Assembly (NCBI GenBank): GCA_963804165.1
Contig: CAWDPO010000023.1
Coordinates: 160,001-224,000 of the forward strand
Length of the DNA: 64,000 nucleotides
Direction of reading: 5' to 3'
Origin: an uncultured delta proteobacterium
GTDB taxonomy: Bacteria > Desulfobacterota > Binatia > UBA9968
In this document: positions 1 through 10,470 of the stretch, piece by piece
How positions within the stretch are numbered: position 1 is the stretch's first letter
How the letters are laid out: each line of letters starts with the position of its first letter
Notes under the pieces: generated by a model
The model's input: the letters and a program-made list of their open reading frames with translations, nothing else
Database searches by the model: none
Told to the model about the DNA's origin: nothing
Made by a program: the position numbers and the translations under genes

Positions 1-64
1 TGGTCAGCGCGTCTTTCACCTCGTCCAGCTTGAACGGCTTCACAATCGCTTCGACCATCTTCAT
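1..64 (-). CDS. glnB: P-II family nitrogen regulator (GlnB/GlnK), N-terminus only; runs off the window edge
   Basis: Manual translation MKMVEAIVKPFKLDEVKDALT is the canonical P-II N-terminus. GAGGTG RBS upstream. glnB versus glnK cannot be resolved. Confidence 0.9.
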   Translation of the reverse strand, partial: MKMVEAIVKPFKLDEVKDALT

Positions 65-130
65 ACGTTCACCTCTTTCGTCACCAATTGTTGGTCAACA
101 GTTACGACCGCAGAATTTCGACACCCTTTT

Positions 131-146
131 AGCAACGCGCATGCCT
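131..146 (-). promoter_or_regulatory. Sigma-54 (-24/-12) promoter for the P-II gene
   Basis: Minus strand AGGCATGCGCGTTGCT fits GG-N10-GC, ~70 nt upstream of the ATG. Confidence 0.7.
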
Positions 147-458
147 TGCTCCATTGAAGCGCTTCGGTTCACGTTTTATTAACGCTCTAACGGTATAATT
201 TTATGTCTTTTTTACGATCCTCGATGACTTATACGAGCAGCAGAAAAGTGCCTCGACCCAACCCGTGACTGCTTATGTTTTGTGCAGCACGCCTATATAT
301 TAAGCAGCACCTTGGGACGTCCAGTAATTTTACGGCAGGTCTGATCGCGTATTGGTCAACACGAAAAGACCGTCGCGGTCGAGCCGGACTGCTTCCGTGG
401 AGTCGATCAACCGCGGCTTCGCAGCGCGACTTTCAGCGCGCACACATGACAGGCTTAA

Positions 459-2055
459 TTAATTGGGAACACGCAGGGTAAGAAAGCGTGTCGTCTCTCC
501 ACGGTCTACCAGAACGAGGACGAGTTGATCTTTCTTGATATTGCTCGTTGTTTTTTTGAAGTCTGAAAGATTCTTGATTGCCTTGCGGTCGATTTCCAAA
601 ATGACATCCCAAGGACGAAGTCCTGCCTTGTCTAGCGGCACTTCCGGGCACGACGGATCTTACGACAACCCCCTCCGCGCGACCCAAGTCCAGGCTTTCG
701 GCAATCTGTGGTGTGACGTTCTGTATTGTCAGTCCCAAGTCATTTTTTTCATCCGCGGAGGCAATAGTCTCTTCCTCCTTCAACTCGCCGACGGGAACGG
801 CTAGGCTTATTTGCTCCTTATCGCGGATCACTTTCACCTGAACATGTTTACCCACTGGCGTGCGAGCGACAACAAGGGGAAGATCGTCGGAATCTTCAAT
901 CTTCTGATTGTCGAACTCAATGATGACATCGCCGGCTTTCATTCCCGCACGGTCTGCCGGGCTGTCGGCGCCTATAGAAGCCACCAAAGCGCCTCGCCGT
1001 TGTTCCAGCCCAAGACTCTCTGCAAGGGCGGGAGTTAGCCTCTGTATCGCCACCCCAAGCCAGCCGCGAACTACTTTTCCCTTGCTCTTGAGCTCAGGCA
1101 AAAGATCCTTGACCAAGTTGATTGGTATCGCAAAACCAATCCCAACATTGCCTCCACTTCGGCTAAAGATAGCCGTGTTTACTCCAACGACCTGTCCTTG
1201 CATGTTTATCAAAGGCCCGCCGGAGTTTCCTGGATTGATCGACGCATCGGTCTGAATGAAATTGTCATAAAGCCCAGCCCCTATAATTCGACCTTTCGCG
1301 CTGACAATTCCCGCGGTCACCGTCCTGTCCAGCCCGAAGGGATTGCCGATTGCTAGAATCCACTCACCGACTTGGAGTTCGTCTGAGTCTCCCAAGGAAA
1401 CTGTCGTGAGGCTTTCGTCCGCATCGATCTTTATCAGTGCAATATCAGTCTTTGGGTCTTTGCCGATTACGTTTGCCTCGAACTTCCTGCCGTCGGAGAG
1501 CCTAACCATGATTTCCTCGGCATTCATGATCACGTGATTGTTTGTGAGGATGTATCCGTCTGCGTCGATCACGAAGCCCGAACCCAGATCCCCTTTACGA
1601 AACGGACCTCTGGAACGAAACTGATGACCAAAAAATCTTTCCCAAAATTCCACAGAAGGATTGCCTTCCCCAAGGAGGTCTGGAAAAGGTTCCTGGAACG
1701 GTCGAGATCTTTCAACCGTCTGGCTCGTGGAAATATTGACTACGGCCGGGCTGAGTTTGTCGGCCAGTGAGACAAAGCTGGTAAGCTCTTTCGTGCCGGC
1801 AAAAGCGAGCTTAAGATTGTACTCTCCCGCCCAGCTCTGCATCACTCCGCATTCGCCACTTCCAACCCCGCCGGTCATGTACGCAAAACCTTGTTGCGTT
1901 ACTCCCCGCATAATCTCCGGATGATTTTCCGCTAGTACGTGAGCAGCGGTGATGTTTTCAACTGGTGTACATAGGGAAAAGCCAACGAAACTGCAGGCAA
2001 AGAAGACTCGCAATCGGTGCCGAGAGGATTTGATTCCGTCATATAACGGTTTCAT
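459..2055 (-). CDS. degQ: DegQ/DegP (Do-family) HtrA serine protease with two PDZ domains; frameshift near 635
   Basis: Catalytic motifs TNNHV, TDIAL and GNSGG. PDZ1 contains GWLGVAIQ. The second PDZ finishes in the 459..641 frame (AGLRPWDVILEIDRK...LVDRGETTRFLTLR). Confidence 0.93.
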
Positions 2056-2093
2056 GTTTCCTTCTCCTTCGTTCTTCTCTTAACCAAAAGAGC

Positions 2094-2108
2094 GCAACTT
2101 ACATGCCA
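2094..2108 (-). promoter_or_regulatory. Sigma-54 promoter for degQ
   Basis: Minus strand TGGCATGTAAGTTGC, near-consensus GG-N10-GC, ~40 nt before the ATG. Confidence 0.8.
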
Positions 2109-2339
2109 GTCTGCATTTGTCAGATATTTTTCAGCGGTTCGAATATTTCGAGCTGCGAAGGGCAAATGCGTCGGTTCTACATGTGAAAAATTTTACACGG
2201 ACGCTTGCAGTGGGTGTGCATAGCTTACACAGAGCTTAACTGACAGCATCGACGTGTTAGAAACCGAACCAAACGAACCGTTACTTGCGAGCCCCTCCAT
2301 AAACGAGCACCAGAAAATTTCGCCGTTTGCCTTTCTGGC

Positions 2340-2527
2340 GCACGAGAACGCCAGCCTTTGTTCACATCAGAGGGTAAAAGAGAATTTCGTTGAATCAGCT
2401 TTCCAGCCTTTTCACTGGAAATACGAGTGATGACGAGCTTGGATTTATTGGCCCTTTTTAGCGCGAGGACGCCAACGTGTTCCTTCGACGTTCCGGCAGG
2501 AATGCTGAGCGGACGTTGAAAATCCAT
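2340..2527 (-). pseudogene. Degenerate C-terminal fragment of a TctC/Bug binding protein
   Basis: DFQRPLSIPAGTSKEHV...ANKSKLVITRISSE aligns by eye with YDFQRPLMVPPKTPKDK...AKKSKMVIDKVTGE of the neighbouring TctC paralog. Confidence 0.55.
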
Positions 2528-2568
2528 TTGTGCCAGGGCTCGATATAAGGTCGTCTAAAGAACGCAAA

Positions 2569-3685
2569 TCAATTGATGTCTTGTGTCAGTCGAGCGTCGC
2601 CGCGTCCATCGGACTCCGGCTCTGTTTCCGATTTCATATAAACCGTGCGAATCGGGAACGGAATCACGATCCCTGTCTCCCGATACTTTGCTTGCAACGC
2701 CTTGATGAATTCATGTTTGATCAAATAATTATCCACAAACGTGCGCGCACGTAGGATCACGGTAAAATCGATGCTCGACTGATTGAAGGTGTGATACCGA
2801 ATGAAAGGATCGAAGCTGGGCACGCCACCAGGTACTTTCCCCATGATTTCCCTAGCAACTTGTTTCGTCACCTGTTCAACTTTTTTGAGATCGCTGTCGT
2901 AATGGACACCGGCTTCCACCAACACGGCGACTTCCGGATCCGGCAAGTCGTAGTTGATGATCGTGCTTTGAACGAGCTTGCTGTTAGGTACCACTGCAGT
3001 CTTGTTGGCTAGCATCTTGATTCGAGTGCTGCGCCAGCCGATGTGTTCAACGTAACCCTCGTCACCGTTCACCAGACGAACAAACTGTCCAACTTCGATG
3101 GGGCGGTCAGCTTGAATATGAAGGCTGGCAAAAAAGTTCCCGAGCGTATCCTGGAGCGCAATCGCCACGGCCAAGCTGCCTATACCGAGAGTCGTTATCA
3201 GAGGTGTGAGAGAGATCCCGAGATTGTCCAGAATGAGCATTCCGCCGACCATGACAAGAATAATTTTCGTGACCAGCTCTGCCGGACCTTGGATGTTCCG
3301 AAGAGGTTCATAACGGAGAGCGATATTACGGAAACCCAGTAAAACGCCTCTGGTCACGATAAGGATGGCGATGCCAAGGCCTGTGAGGGATAAAAGGCGA
3401 TCGGCGATGCGCGCGACTTTCGGAGATAAGGGAGCGGCGTCTAATACTAACAACAACCCGAGCACAATCAGCAATGGAAAAAAGATAGCGCTCCACCAGC
3501 CACGTCACACGGCTATCAATGTTTATGGATGCTCGCTTTGCTCCCGCCCGGAGAACTCGCAGCGTGATGACGTAAAACAGGTAGGCCAAACAGCTCGTCG
3601 CGGTGACAAGCAGAGATAAAACTACCGCGGGCGTCATCGGGATTTTGAAGCCGAAGGCTTCTGTTATTGCATCGACCAATTCCAA
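2569..3685 (-). CDS. mscS: MscS-family small-conductance mechanosensitive channel; frameshift in a homopolymer at ~3478-3483
   Basis: Motifs LGIGSLAVAIALQDTLGNFF, IGWRSTRI, VPNSKL and IPFP. The N-terminal TM segment is in the adjacent frame (LELVDAITEAFGFKIPMTPAVV). Probable TTG start with a GAGG RBS. Confidence 0.85.
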
Positions 3686-3696
3686 TTTACGCCTCG

Positions 3697-5814
3697 TTAT
3701 CCGCTGGCCGCGAAAAGATTTCGCACGGCCGGAATATCCACGTTCACCCATTCGAACAGAGTGCCGTCTGGAAGCGGCATCTGCAGTCCGTAATCGAAAA
3801 GGCCGTAAAAGAACAACCAGCTGGCTAGCGTCAGCTCCAATGTAATCGGCCATTTCTCTCGCGCAGCCAATTTAAGGTACAGAAACGTGGCAATGGCGGA
3901 TGCCGTCATAAAGCCTAGTAACCAAATAGCAACGAAAAAACCGACGATCCAAGAAGCGATTGAAATCGTTCTCCTGCGCGCGATCATCGGATGTATTTCC
4001 GGTTCGCCGTATACTGTCTCTTCCACTTTGACCTTTCGCGTCGCTTGGAGACACTCCCTCATAAAGACATAATAAGCCAATACAAGGCTCGGAACGCCAA
4101 TCACCCACGGGAACAGAGCCGCGCGCGGTTCAAAAGCCCCAAACCCAAATTGAGCTTGGTAGAGAACGTAGCCGAAGATCCCTACGAAAAGAAAGGCAAA
4201 TAGACCATGAGCATGGCGTGATCTTAACGGCACTGGCTCTGTCCTAAACGATCCTGCGAGTTTTTCTTGGTTCGGGTCGCCTTGTGAATTTCTCGAACGT
4301 TTGAGGCGCGTCTCAAAATAGGGATAGAGCAATCCTGTCGCTATGATGAGCTCTATAACAATGACCCCGGGATGTGTTAGCCAGGTGTAACCATATATAC
4401 GGCTAGCGATAAACAGATTGTTCTCGGCAATCCCGCCTAACACTAAGCCAAGCAGCAGCGGCGGTCGCTGCCAGTCGAACTTGACCATCAACCAACCCAA
4501 CGCCCCAAATATGAGTACGAGCAGGATGTCGCCAAAGCTGTTCTTGGTTGCAAAGCCACCCAGGTAAACCAATAAAAGGAGAAACGGAATGAGGTAGGTT
4601 CCTTTGACGAAGGTGATCTTCGCGAGTTGATTCAAAAAAAGAAAACAAATTGCGACCGTAATAATATTAGTAACTACGATGATCCAAACCATAGAAAAGG
4701 TAAGCGTTAAGTGTTTCGCCGGATTCAACAGATCGGGACCGGGCACGATACCTTGGATAATAAACGCGCCTAGAAGAATCGCCATCGAAACGCTGCCGGG
4801 TACGCCGAAGGCTAAAGTTGGAATTAACGACCCGCCTTCTTTCGAATTATTAGCCGCGCCGGGACCAAGCACGCCTTCCACCGCACCCTTGCCGAAGCGC
4901 TCCTTACTTGGAGAGCTCTGCACAGCATGAGCATAGGCCAGCCACTGGGCCGGACCACCGCCCATTCCCGGTATGAGGCCGATGTAAGCACCGATACCGC
5001 TACAACGCAGAACGAGTTTCCAATGACGGAATGTATCCTTTACCCCTTCCAACACTCCGCCCAGTTTTGTCGGTTGATTGGGGCCAGCGATACTGGAACC
5101 TTTAACCGCCAGATCGATGATTTCTGGAATGGCAAAGAGACCGATCGTTACACTGATCAACGACACCCCATCCCATAAAAAGAGTGCGTTATCCTCACCC
5201 AATACGCCTTCAAGGGTGAACCGCGGAATACTCTCAATCGGGTCGAGTCCGACCATTGCGAGCACCAGCCCTAGGCCACCTGCCACGAGCCCTTTCGGCA
5301 CGTTTTCACCGCTCAGGGACGCAACAAATGTAATACCGAGTAACGCGAGCATGAAAAATTCTGCTGAGCCGATGGAGAGAACTAACGGGCTCACGATCGG
5401 TATCGCCAATGCCAGAATGAAAGCGCCGAACACGGCGCCCACCAGAGAGCTCATGAGAGCCGCCCCCAATGCCCGTCCCGCCTGGCCGCTCTTTGCCATC
5501 GGATGTCCATCGACAATAGTAGCGGCAGTAATGCCCTCTCCCGGCACGCCAAAGAGCACGGATGTAATATCCCCGGTCGTGGCGGTGACGGCGTTCGAGC
5601 CCAGGAGGAAGGCGAAGGCCGTCGTCGGCTCCATGTTGTAGATGAAGGGCAACATGAGAGCCAAAGTAGTAGCACCGCCAAGGCCGGGGAGGATGCCGAC
5701 GGCGAATCCGATCGCCATGCCGAGCATCATATAGAGAAATGTTTCGGTCCCTTGCGTTGTAAACGGCAAGATGTTGATGAGCCCCTGATTAAACGCTTGG
5801 AGATATTCCAGCAT
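3697..5814 (-). CDS. tctA: Tripartite tricarboxylate transporter permease TctA with a fused C-terminal TctB-like domain
   Basis: TctA motifs GILPGLG, FGVPGE and PTLAFGVPGS. The extra ~200 aa TM tail (FPWVIG...LLGF...FDYGLQMPLP) resembles TctB. Confidence 0.9.
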   Translation of the reverse strand: MLEYLQAFNQGLINILPFTTQGTETFLYMMLGMAIGFAVGILPGLGGATTLALMLPFIYNMEPTTAFAFLLGSNAVTATTGDITSVLFGVPGEGITAATIVDGHPMAKSGQAGRALGAALMSSLVGAVFGAFILALAIPIVSPLVLSIGSAEFFMLALLGITFVASLSGENVPKGLVAGGLGLVLAMVGLDPIESIPRFTLEGVLGEDNALFLWDGVSLISVTIGLFAIPEIIDLAVKGSSIAGPNQPTKLGGVLEGVKDTFRHWKLVLRCSGIGAYIGLIPGMGGGPAQWLAYAHAVQSSPSKERFGKGAVEGVLGPGAANNSKEGGSLIPTLAFGVPGSVSMAILLGAFIIQGIVPGPDLLNPAKHLTLTFSMVWIIVVTNIITVAICFLFLNQLAKITFVKGTYLIPFLLLLVYLGGFATKNSFGDILLVLIFGALGWLMVKFDWQRPPLLLGLVLGGIAENNLFIASRIYGYTWLTHPGVIVIELIIATGLLYPYFETRLKRSRNSQGDPNQEKLAGSFRTEPVPLRSRHAHGLFAFLFVGIFGYVLYQAQFGFGAFEPRAALFPWVIGVPSLVLAYYVFMRECLQATRKVKVEETVYGEPEIHPMIARRRTISIASWIVGFFVAIWLLGFMTASAIATFLYLKLAAREKWPITLELTLASWLFFYGLFDYGLQMPLPDGTLFEWVNVDIPAVRNLFAASG

Positions 5815-5823
5815 GTTGGCCTC

Positions 5824-6858
5824 CTAGGAGGTCGGCCGTTTCCTGAACAAGAACTCGAGCCGCTGTTTTACCTCAGGCGACGCTGAATAAATCTGCTCGA
5901 CGTACTGTTCGATTTTTTCGCCGGAAATGTAGTCAACCGTAAGCTTCGATTTCTGGGCATCCGCTTTGTAGTCTTTGTCTTCCGTCGTAGCCTTGAACGC
6001 CTTGCGAAAGATGCTGATAGCCTCAGTCGGGGAGCCGGGAGGAAGCGAGAACGGCCGAGCGAATTCATTAGCAGCGTTCCAAGCGTTGAAAGCGTTGAGA
6101 TCGTCCTTATCTTTGATCACGTCGCGAAACTGGGCGATGTTCCTAACCTCCGGGTCTTCCCATTTGCCATTGATGATAAATGGAATCATCTTATCGTCGC
6201 CCTTGGTGTCGAGCATCGCCCGCGCCGTGGACCGCATGGAATCCCATGTCCAACAAGCGCCGTCCACTTCTCGGGAGCGCATCGCGAGGCGGATCTTTGA
6301 AGTGCCGGTATAGCCCGGAATCACTTCAAAATTTGAGCCGGCCCAGCGGTTGAGCATTTCCGGCAATTGCGTCGTATTGCCGGCCCGGGTGGCGCCCATG
6401 CGCACCACCTTTTTGGATTTAAGGATGTCGTCGAAAGTCTTGAGGCCGGTAAACCCCATAATCGCGCACGCAACCGAATCTTTGCTTGGCGAACCGATCC
6501 AGCCGAACTTTCGGCCGTCAATACGCAGGCTGCGATCTCCCATCACATGATTGAAAACGTTGTGGGCATTCCATATCCCCACGGTTACACCGTTCTTCTC
6601 CGCCTTGTTGTACATGTAGTTGGCGGCAATCACGCTGCCAGCCCCATCCATGTTTTCAACCACCGTCGACGGATTGCCGGGAATATAGCGACTGATGTAG
6701 CGGGCGACGGTACGAGTATAGGCGTCGTAACCGCCACCGGCGGCAAATCCGACGATGAAACGAATATTCTTCCCGGAATAAAATTCCTCAGCAAGGGTGC
6801 TGGATTTGACCGCGAGCAGGAAAACCACGAAGGCAAGTACGCCTACTAATGTCCGCAT
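5824..6858 (-). CDS. TctC/Bug family substrate-binding protein
   Basis: Signal peptide, then IRFIVGFAAGGGYD, VENMDGAGS and GYTG motifs. GGAG RBS before MRTLVG. Confidence 0.9.
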   Translation of the reverse strand: MRTLVGVLAFVVFLLAVKSSTLAEEFYSGKNIRFIVGFAAGGGYDAYTRTVARYISRYIPGNPSTVVENMDGAGSVIAANYMYNKAEKNGVTVGIWNAHNVFNHVMGDRSLRIDGRKFGWIGSPSKDSVACAIMGFTGLKTFDDILKSKKVVRMGATRAGNTTQLPEMLNRWAGSNFEVIPGYTGTSKIRLAMRSREVDGACWTWDSMRSTARAMLDTKGDDKMIPFIINGKWEDPEVRNIAQFRDVIKDKDDLNAFNAWNAANEFARPFSLPPGSPTEAISIFRKAFKATTEDKDYKADAQKSKLTVDYISGEKIEQYVEQIYSASPEVKQRLEFLFRKRPTS

Positions 6859-6933
6859 AATGGCTCCTTTGGTTGTTCTATTTCTCTTGAGCAATTTCCA
6901 TGTAAATAGCTTTCTGGTGTAGCGTTGAGAGCG

Positions 6934-7428
6934 TCAATCCTCTGTTTGTTTTCTAATCTCCCCATCTCCGCGGACGAGATATGTCGCCCTCTGGTTTTGG
7001 TCGAGATAAATATCCCGAATGAGCACGATCTTGTTCTTGATACGTGCCATGATCGTGTAACTGCCAGGCGGGAGTTGAATGTAAAACCTCGGGCCGTGCA
7101 GCGTCACTTTATCGACGCGACGGTTTTGGTTGTCTCCAATCAACAGGAGAACCGGCGAGACCAAGAGGCTCAACGGTGGTGCAAAAACCAATTGGAGATT
7201 GTACGGTGCTGATTGCCGCTCCATGGTCTGTTGTTCATCGATGGCCCTACCACCGGTCATGTAATAGAACCCTCCTGCTGTTTTACCGCGAGTTATGCTC
7301 GTAACCGCAAACTCAGGTTTTCGTGCATCACTGAACTGTTGAGAAACCAGGAGAAAAACGACTGTCGATATTGCTGAAACCAGGCTGCCGCAACGAGCGC
7401 TAGAGAAATGTATAGTTTTCACGATCAT
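6934..7428 (-). CDS. Exported protein with a carboxypeptidase-regulatory-like (beta-sandwich) domain
   Basis: YMTGG...YNLQLVFA...GPRFYIQLPPGSYTI; paralog of 7512..8129. Confidence 0.7.
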   Translation of the reverse strand: MIVKTIHFSSARCGSLVSAISTVVFLLVSQQFSDARKPEFAVTSITRGKTAGGFYYMTGGRAIDEQQTMERQSAPYNLQLVFAPPLSLLVSPVLLLIGDNQNRRVDKVTLHGPRFYIQLPPGSYTIMARIKNKIVLIRDIYLDQNQRATYLVRGDGEIRKQTED

Positions 7429-7511
7429 CGTTTCCGAGCTCGTAAACCAATGTCGTTAAAGCGTCTCATGGCCCGTATCCGTTTCGCGATTTGCTGGTCT
7501 ATGCAGCCTAG

Positions 7512-8129
7512 TTAAAATCCCCAGTGAAGCGTGCGCACGAGACGCTTTCCTTCGGACACTTCCAGTCCTTGAATCTCGATTGGTGTCGCCGCATACGTCG
7601 CTTTGACTCGATAACTGCCCGGTGGGAGTTTGACGTAAAGCCACGGACCGTTTGTCACGACGTGCGCCAAGCGTTTACCGTGCAAATCGTCGATGACAAC
7701 CCGAACATCAGAGATATAGTCTCCCGACGCCTCTGCGAATACGAACTTCACGTTATAATCCGTGCCCAAATTTTCTATAGTTTCCCGTTCGTCCGAACCT
7801 ATGCCTCCCATCAGGTAGCGGATACCCTCGTCGCTCGTGGCCATCAAAATTCCTGGCGGAGCCGGGAATTGAGATTGCGCGAGGGCGTTTTCTCGGAGGA
7901 GCACCGCGAGCGAACTGCCTAACATAAAAATTGTCGCGGCGAGCAAGGTATTAGCAAAGAGATGATTAGCAGCCGGAAGACCTCTTTGGCCATCGGAGGT
8001 ATCAAAGATGAATCGGATCGATTTGCTGCGAAAACACTCTCGGACGAAGGCTTGAACTTTGATCAAGACGAAAAATAATCCAAAGATGCTAAATGCCGCG
8101 AGTTTCGAAATTCTCCTTTTCATTAACAC
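7512..8129 (-). CDS. Exported protein with a carboxypeptidase-regulatory-like domain; N-terminal extension resembles a decayed TctC N-terminus
   Basis: YLMGGIGSDER...YNVKFVFAEASGDYISDV...GPWLYVKLPPGSYRVKA. True start uncertain. Confidence 0.72.
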   Translation of the reverse strand: MLMKRRISKLAAFSIFGLFFVLIKVQAFVRECFRSKSIRFIFDTSDGQRGLPAANHLFANTLLAATIFMLGSSLAVLLRENALAQSQFPAPPGILMATSDEGIRYLMGGIGSDERETIENLGTDYNVKFVFAEASGDYISDVRVVIDDLHGKRLAHVVTNGPWLYVKLPPGSYRVKATYAATPIEIQGLEVSEGKRLVRTLHWGF

Positions 8130-8234
8130 TCCTCCGTTAGCGTCGATGCGCCGGCATCTCGCTAAAATATGCTTTCGCTAATTTTCACCGGACGGACTCC
8201 GGGGCTTGGGCCATCATTAGGCCGTTTTACGCGC

Positions 8235-9287
8235 TTAATTTGTTTCCTTTCTCACTAGAAACTGAAGTCCCTCTTTTGCCTTTGGAGAAATATCCAGTAT
8301 TTCTTTCACCAAGCCGTTGATTTCATCCGCGGAAACGTACTCCAGTTCGAGTTTGGTCTTTTTCGCTTCGGCAAGAAATTCCGGATCCTCGAAGGTTTCC
8401 TTAAAGGCTTTACGGAGGGTTTCTACGCGGTCTTTTGGCACCCCGGGAGGCATAACCCATGGACGTTGAAATTCATATTGATTGATCCATGCGTTGTAGA
8501 GCTGTACGCCGTCATCACCGGCTTTCGATTTAATATAATCGCGAGCTAGAGGAACGTTCTTCAACTCCTTATCTTCCCACTTTCTGTGAACTAATATCGG
8601 GATGAGTTTTTGATCGCCGGTGGCGTCCAACATGGCTCGTGCAGTAACCCGCGCCGATTCCCAACCCCAGCAGCCGCCGTCGAGTTCCGTTGATCTCATC
8701 GCGACGGTAATTAGCGATGTGCCCTTGTAGCCATTGATAACGTTAAACTTCGTGCCGACGGTTTGATTTAAGATCTTCGGCAAATCGTTATATGTAGAAC
8801 CTGCCCTGGTGGATCCCATCTTGAGCGCCTTGCCGGACTTGACAACTTCGTCCATGGACTTCAGGCCGGTAAAGCCCATGATGTTGCAACTTGGTGAGCC
8901 TTTAACGGGCGCGCCGATCCAGTTTAGTTTTTTGCCGTCCAATCTGACCGCTTTATCGCCAAGCGCCTGATAAAGAATATACGCGCTGTTCCAAACGCCG
9001 ATGAAGGTGCCGTCGCGCTCGGCTTTACTGTAGGTGTAATTCGCCGCGATAAGGCTTCCTGCACCCTCCATGTTGTCGACGACAAAACTCGGGTTACCAG
9101 GAATATGTTTTCCGAGGTGGCGGGCGATAGCTCTCGCGTACGTGTCGTAGCCTCCGCCGGGGGCCAAGCCTACGGTGACCCGAATAGTTTTATCCTTGTA
9201 AAAATCGTCAGCCGTAGCGCTTGAAGCATTGGCCATCATAAACAACGCTGCAGTCGCGCCCGCCAAGGATCCCAGTGGGTTTTTCAT
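8235..9287 (-). CDS. TctC/Bug family substrate-binding protein
   Basis: DFYKDKTIRVTVGLAPGGGYD and DNMEGAGS. GAGGAGG RBS before MKNPLG. Confidence 0.9.
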   Translation of the reverse strand: MKNPLGSLAGATAALFMMANASSATADDFYKDKTIRVTVGLAPGGGYDTYARAIARHLGKHIPGNPSFVVDNMEGAGSLIAANYTYSKAERDGTFIGVWNSAYILYQALGDKAVRLDGKKLNWIGAPVKGSPSCNIMGFTGLKSMDEVVKSGKALKMGSTRAGSTYNDLPKILNQTVGTKFNVINGYKGTSLITVAMRSTELDGGCWGWESARVTARAMLDATGDQKLIPILVHRKWEDKELKNVPLARDYIKSKAGDDGVQLYNAWINQYEFQRPWVMPPGVPKDRVETLRKAFKETFEDPEFLAEAKKTKLELEYVSADEINGLVKEILDISPKAKEGLQFLVRKETN

Positions 9288-9331
9288 CTGATCCTCCTCT
9301 GTGAGTTTTCGTCGTTTGCTTACTGCACAGC

Positions 9332-10388
9332 TCAATTCGTTGTGTTCTTCACCGGCGCCAGAACCATGAGCTTTTTCTTTACCGTAGGCGTAATCGTCAG
9401 TATTTCCTCCACAGACCGCTCTATATCCTCGCCCGTTACTTTATCGATGACCATTTTGCTCTTTTTTGCTTCTGCTAAAAATTCAGGGTCCGCGACCGTT
9501 CTTTGCAACCCCAAGCGCAACGCTTGCAATTTATCTTTTGGGGTTTTCGGCGGAACCATCAGGGGCCGCTGAAAATCATACTGATTGGCCCAGGCTTTAA
9601 ACGCCTTCACATTTTCGTCGCCCTTAATCACCTTCGTGTATTGGGGAAGATCGTTAACCTCCGGATCTTCTACGTGGCCGTGAATTACGAAAGGAATTAA
9701 TTTGTCATCACCCTGGGCATCCAACATAGACCTCGCGGTGACTCGCATGGATTCCCACCCGGAACAAAGCGCGTTGATCTCTCGACGCTGTAGAGCAACA
9801 CGTATCGGACCGGTGCCTTTGTATCCGGAGATGACCTTAAGATGGGTTCCCATCAGCGCATCCATAAGCTTTGGCAAATCATCAGAGGAAGCGCCGGCTC
9901 GCGTTCCTCCAAACTTAAGCTTGTCCCCCGACTTAAGGACATCATCTAGGGTTTTGAGCCCAGTAAATCCCATCACCATGCATGTCGGCCATCCCTTGCC
10001 GGGCGACCCGACCCAGCCGAACTTCCGGGCGTCGAACCGGATCCCTTTTGCGCCTAACGCTTGTTGCGTCACCATGCCGCTATTGAAATTGCCTACCGTG
10101 AGCCCATCGGCCTCGGCCTTGTTGAACATGTAATTCGCCGCCAAGAGACTTCCCGCACCTTCCATGTTTTCAATCACCGCCGAGGGACTTCCCGGGAATA
10201 TGTTTACCAATATGGCGAGCGATAGCGCGGGTATAGGTATCGTAACCGCCACCAGGCGCATAGCCGACGATGAATCGAATGGTTTTACCCTTGTAGAAAT
10301 CCTCAGCTCGGCTCACAGCGGAGGACCCGCCGATGATGGTTAGACCGACAGCCAGCATGAATACCCTGTAAAAAGTTTTCTTCATCAT
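9332..10388 (-). CDS. TctC/Bug family substrate-binding protein; frameshift near 10190
   Basis: The 10170..10388 ORF (signal peptide, GYAPGGGYD, HIGKHIPG) continues in the 9332..10261 frame (PSAVIENMEGAGS). Confidence 0.85.
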
Positions 10389-10470
10389 ATGTCCCTAGAT
10401 TTTCAGTTTCGCACTGAACCGATGATCAAAACCGCTCGTATAACGATGTCAATTCGAGCCTGTTATTGTG

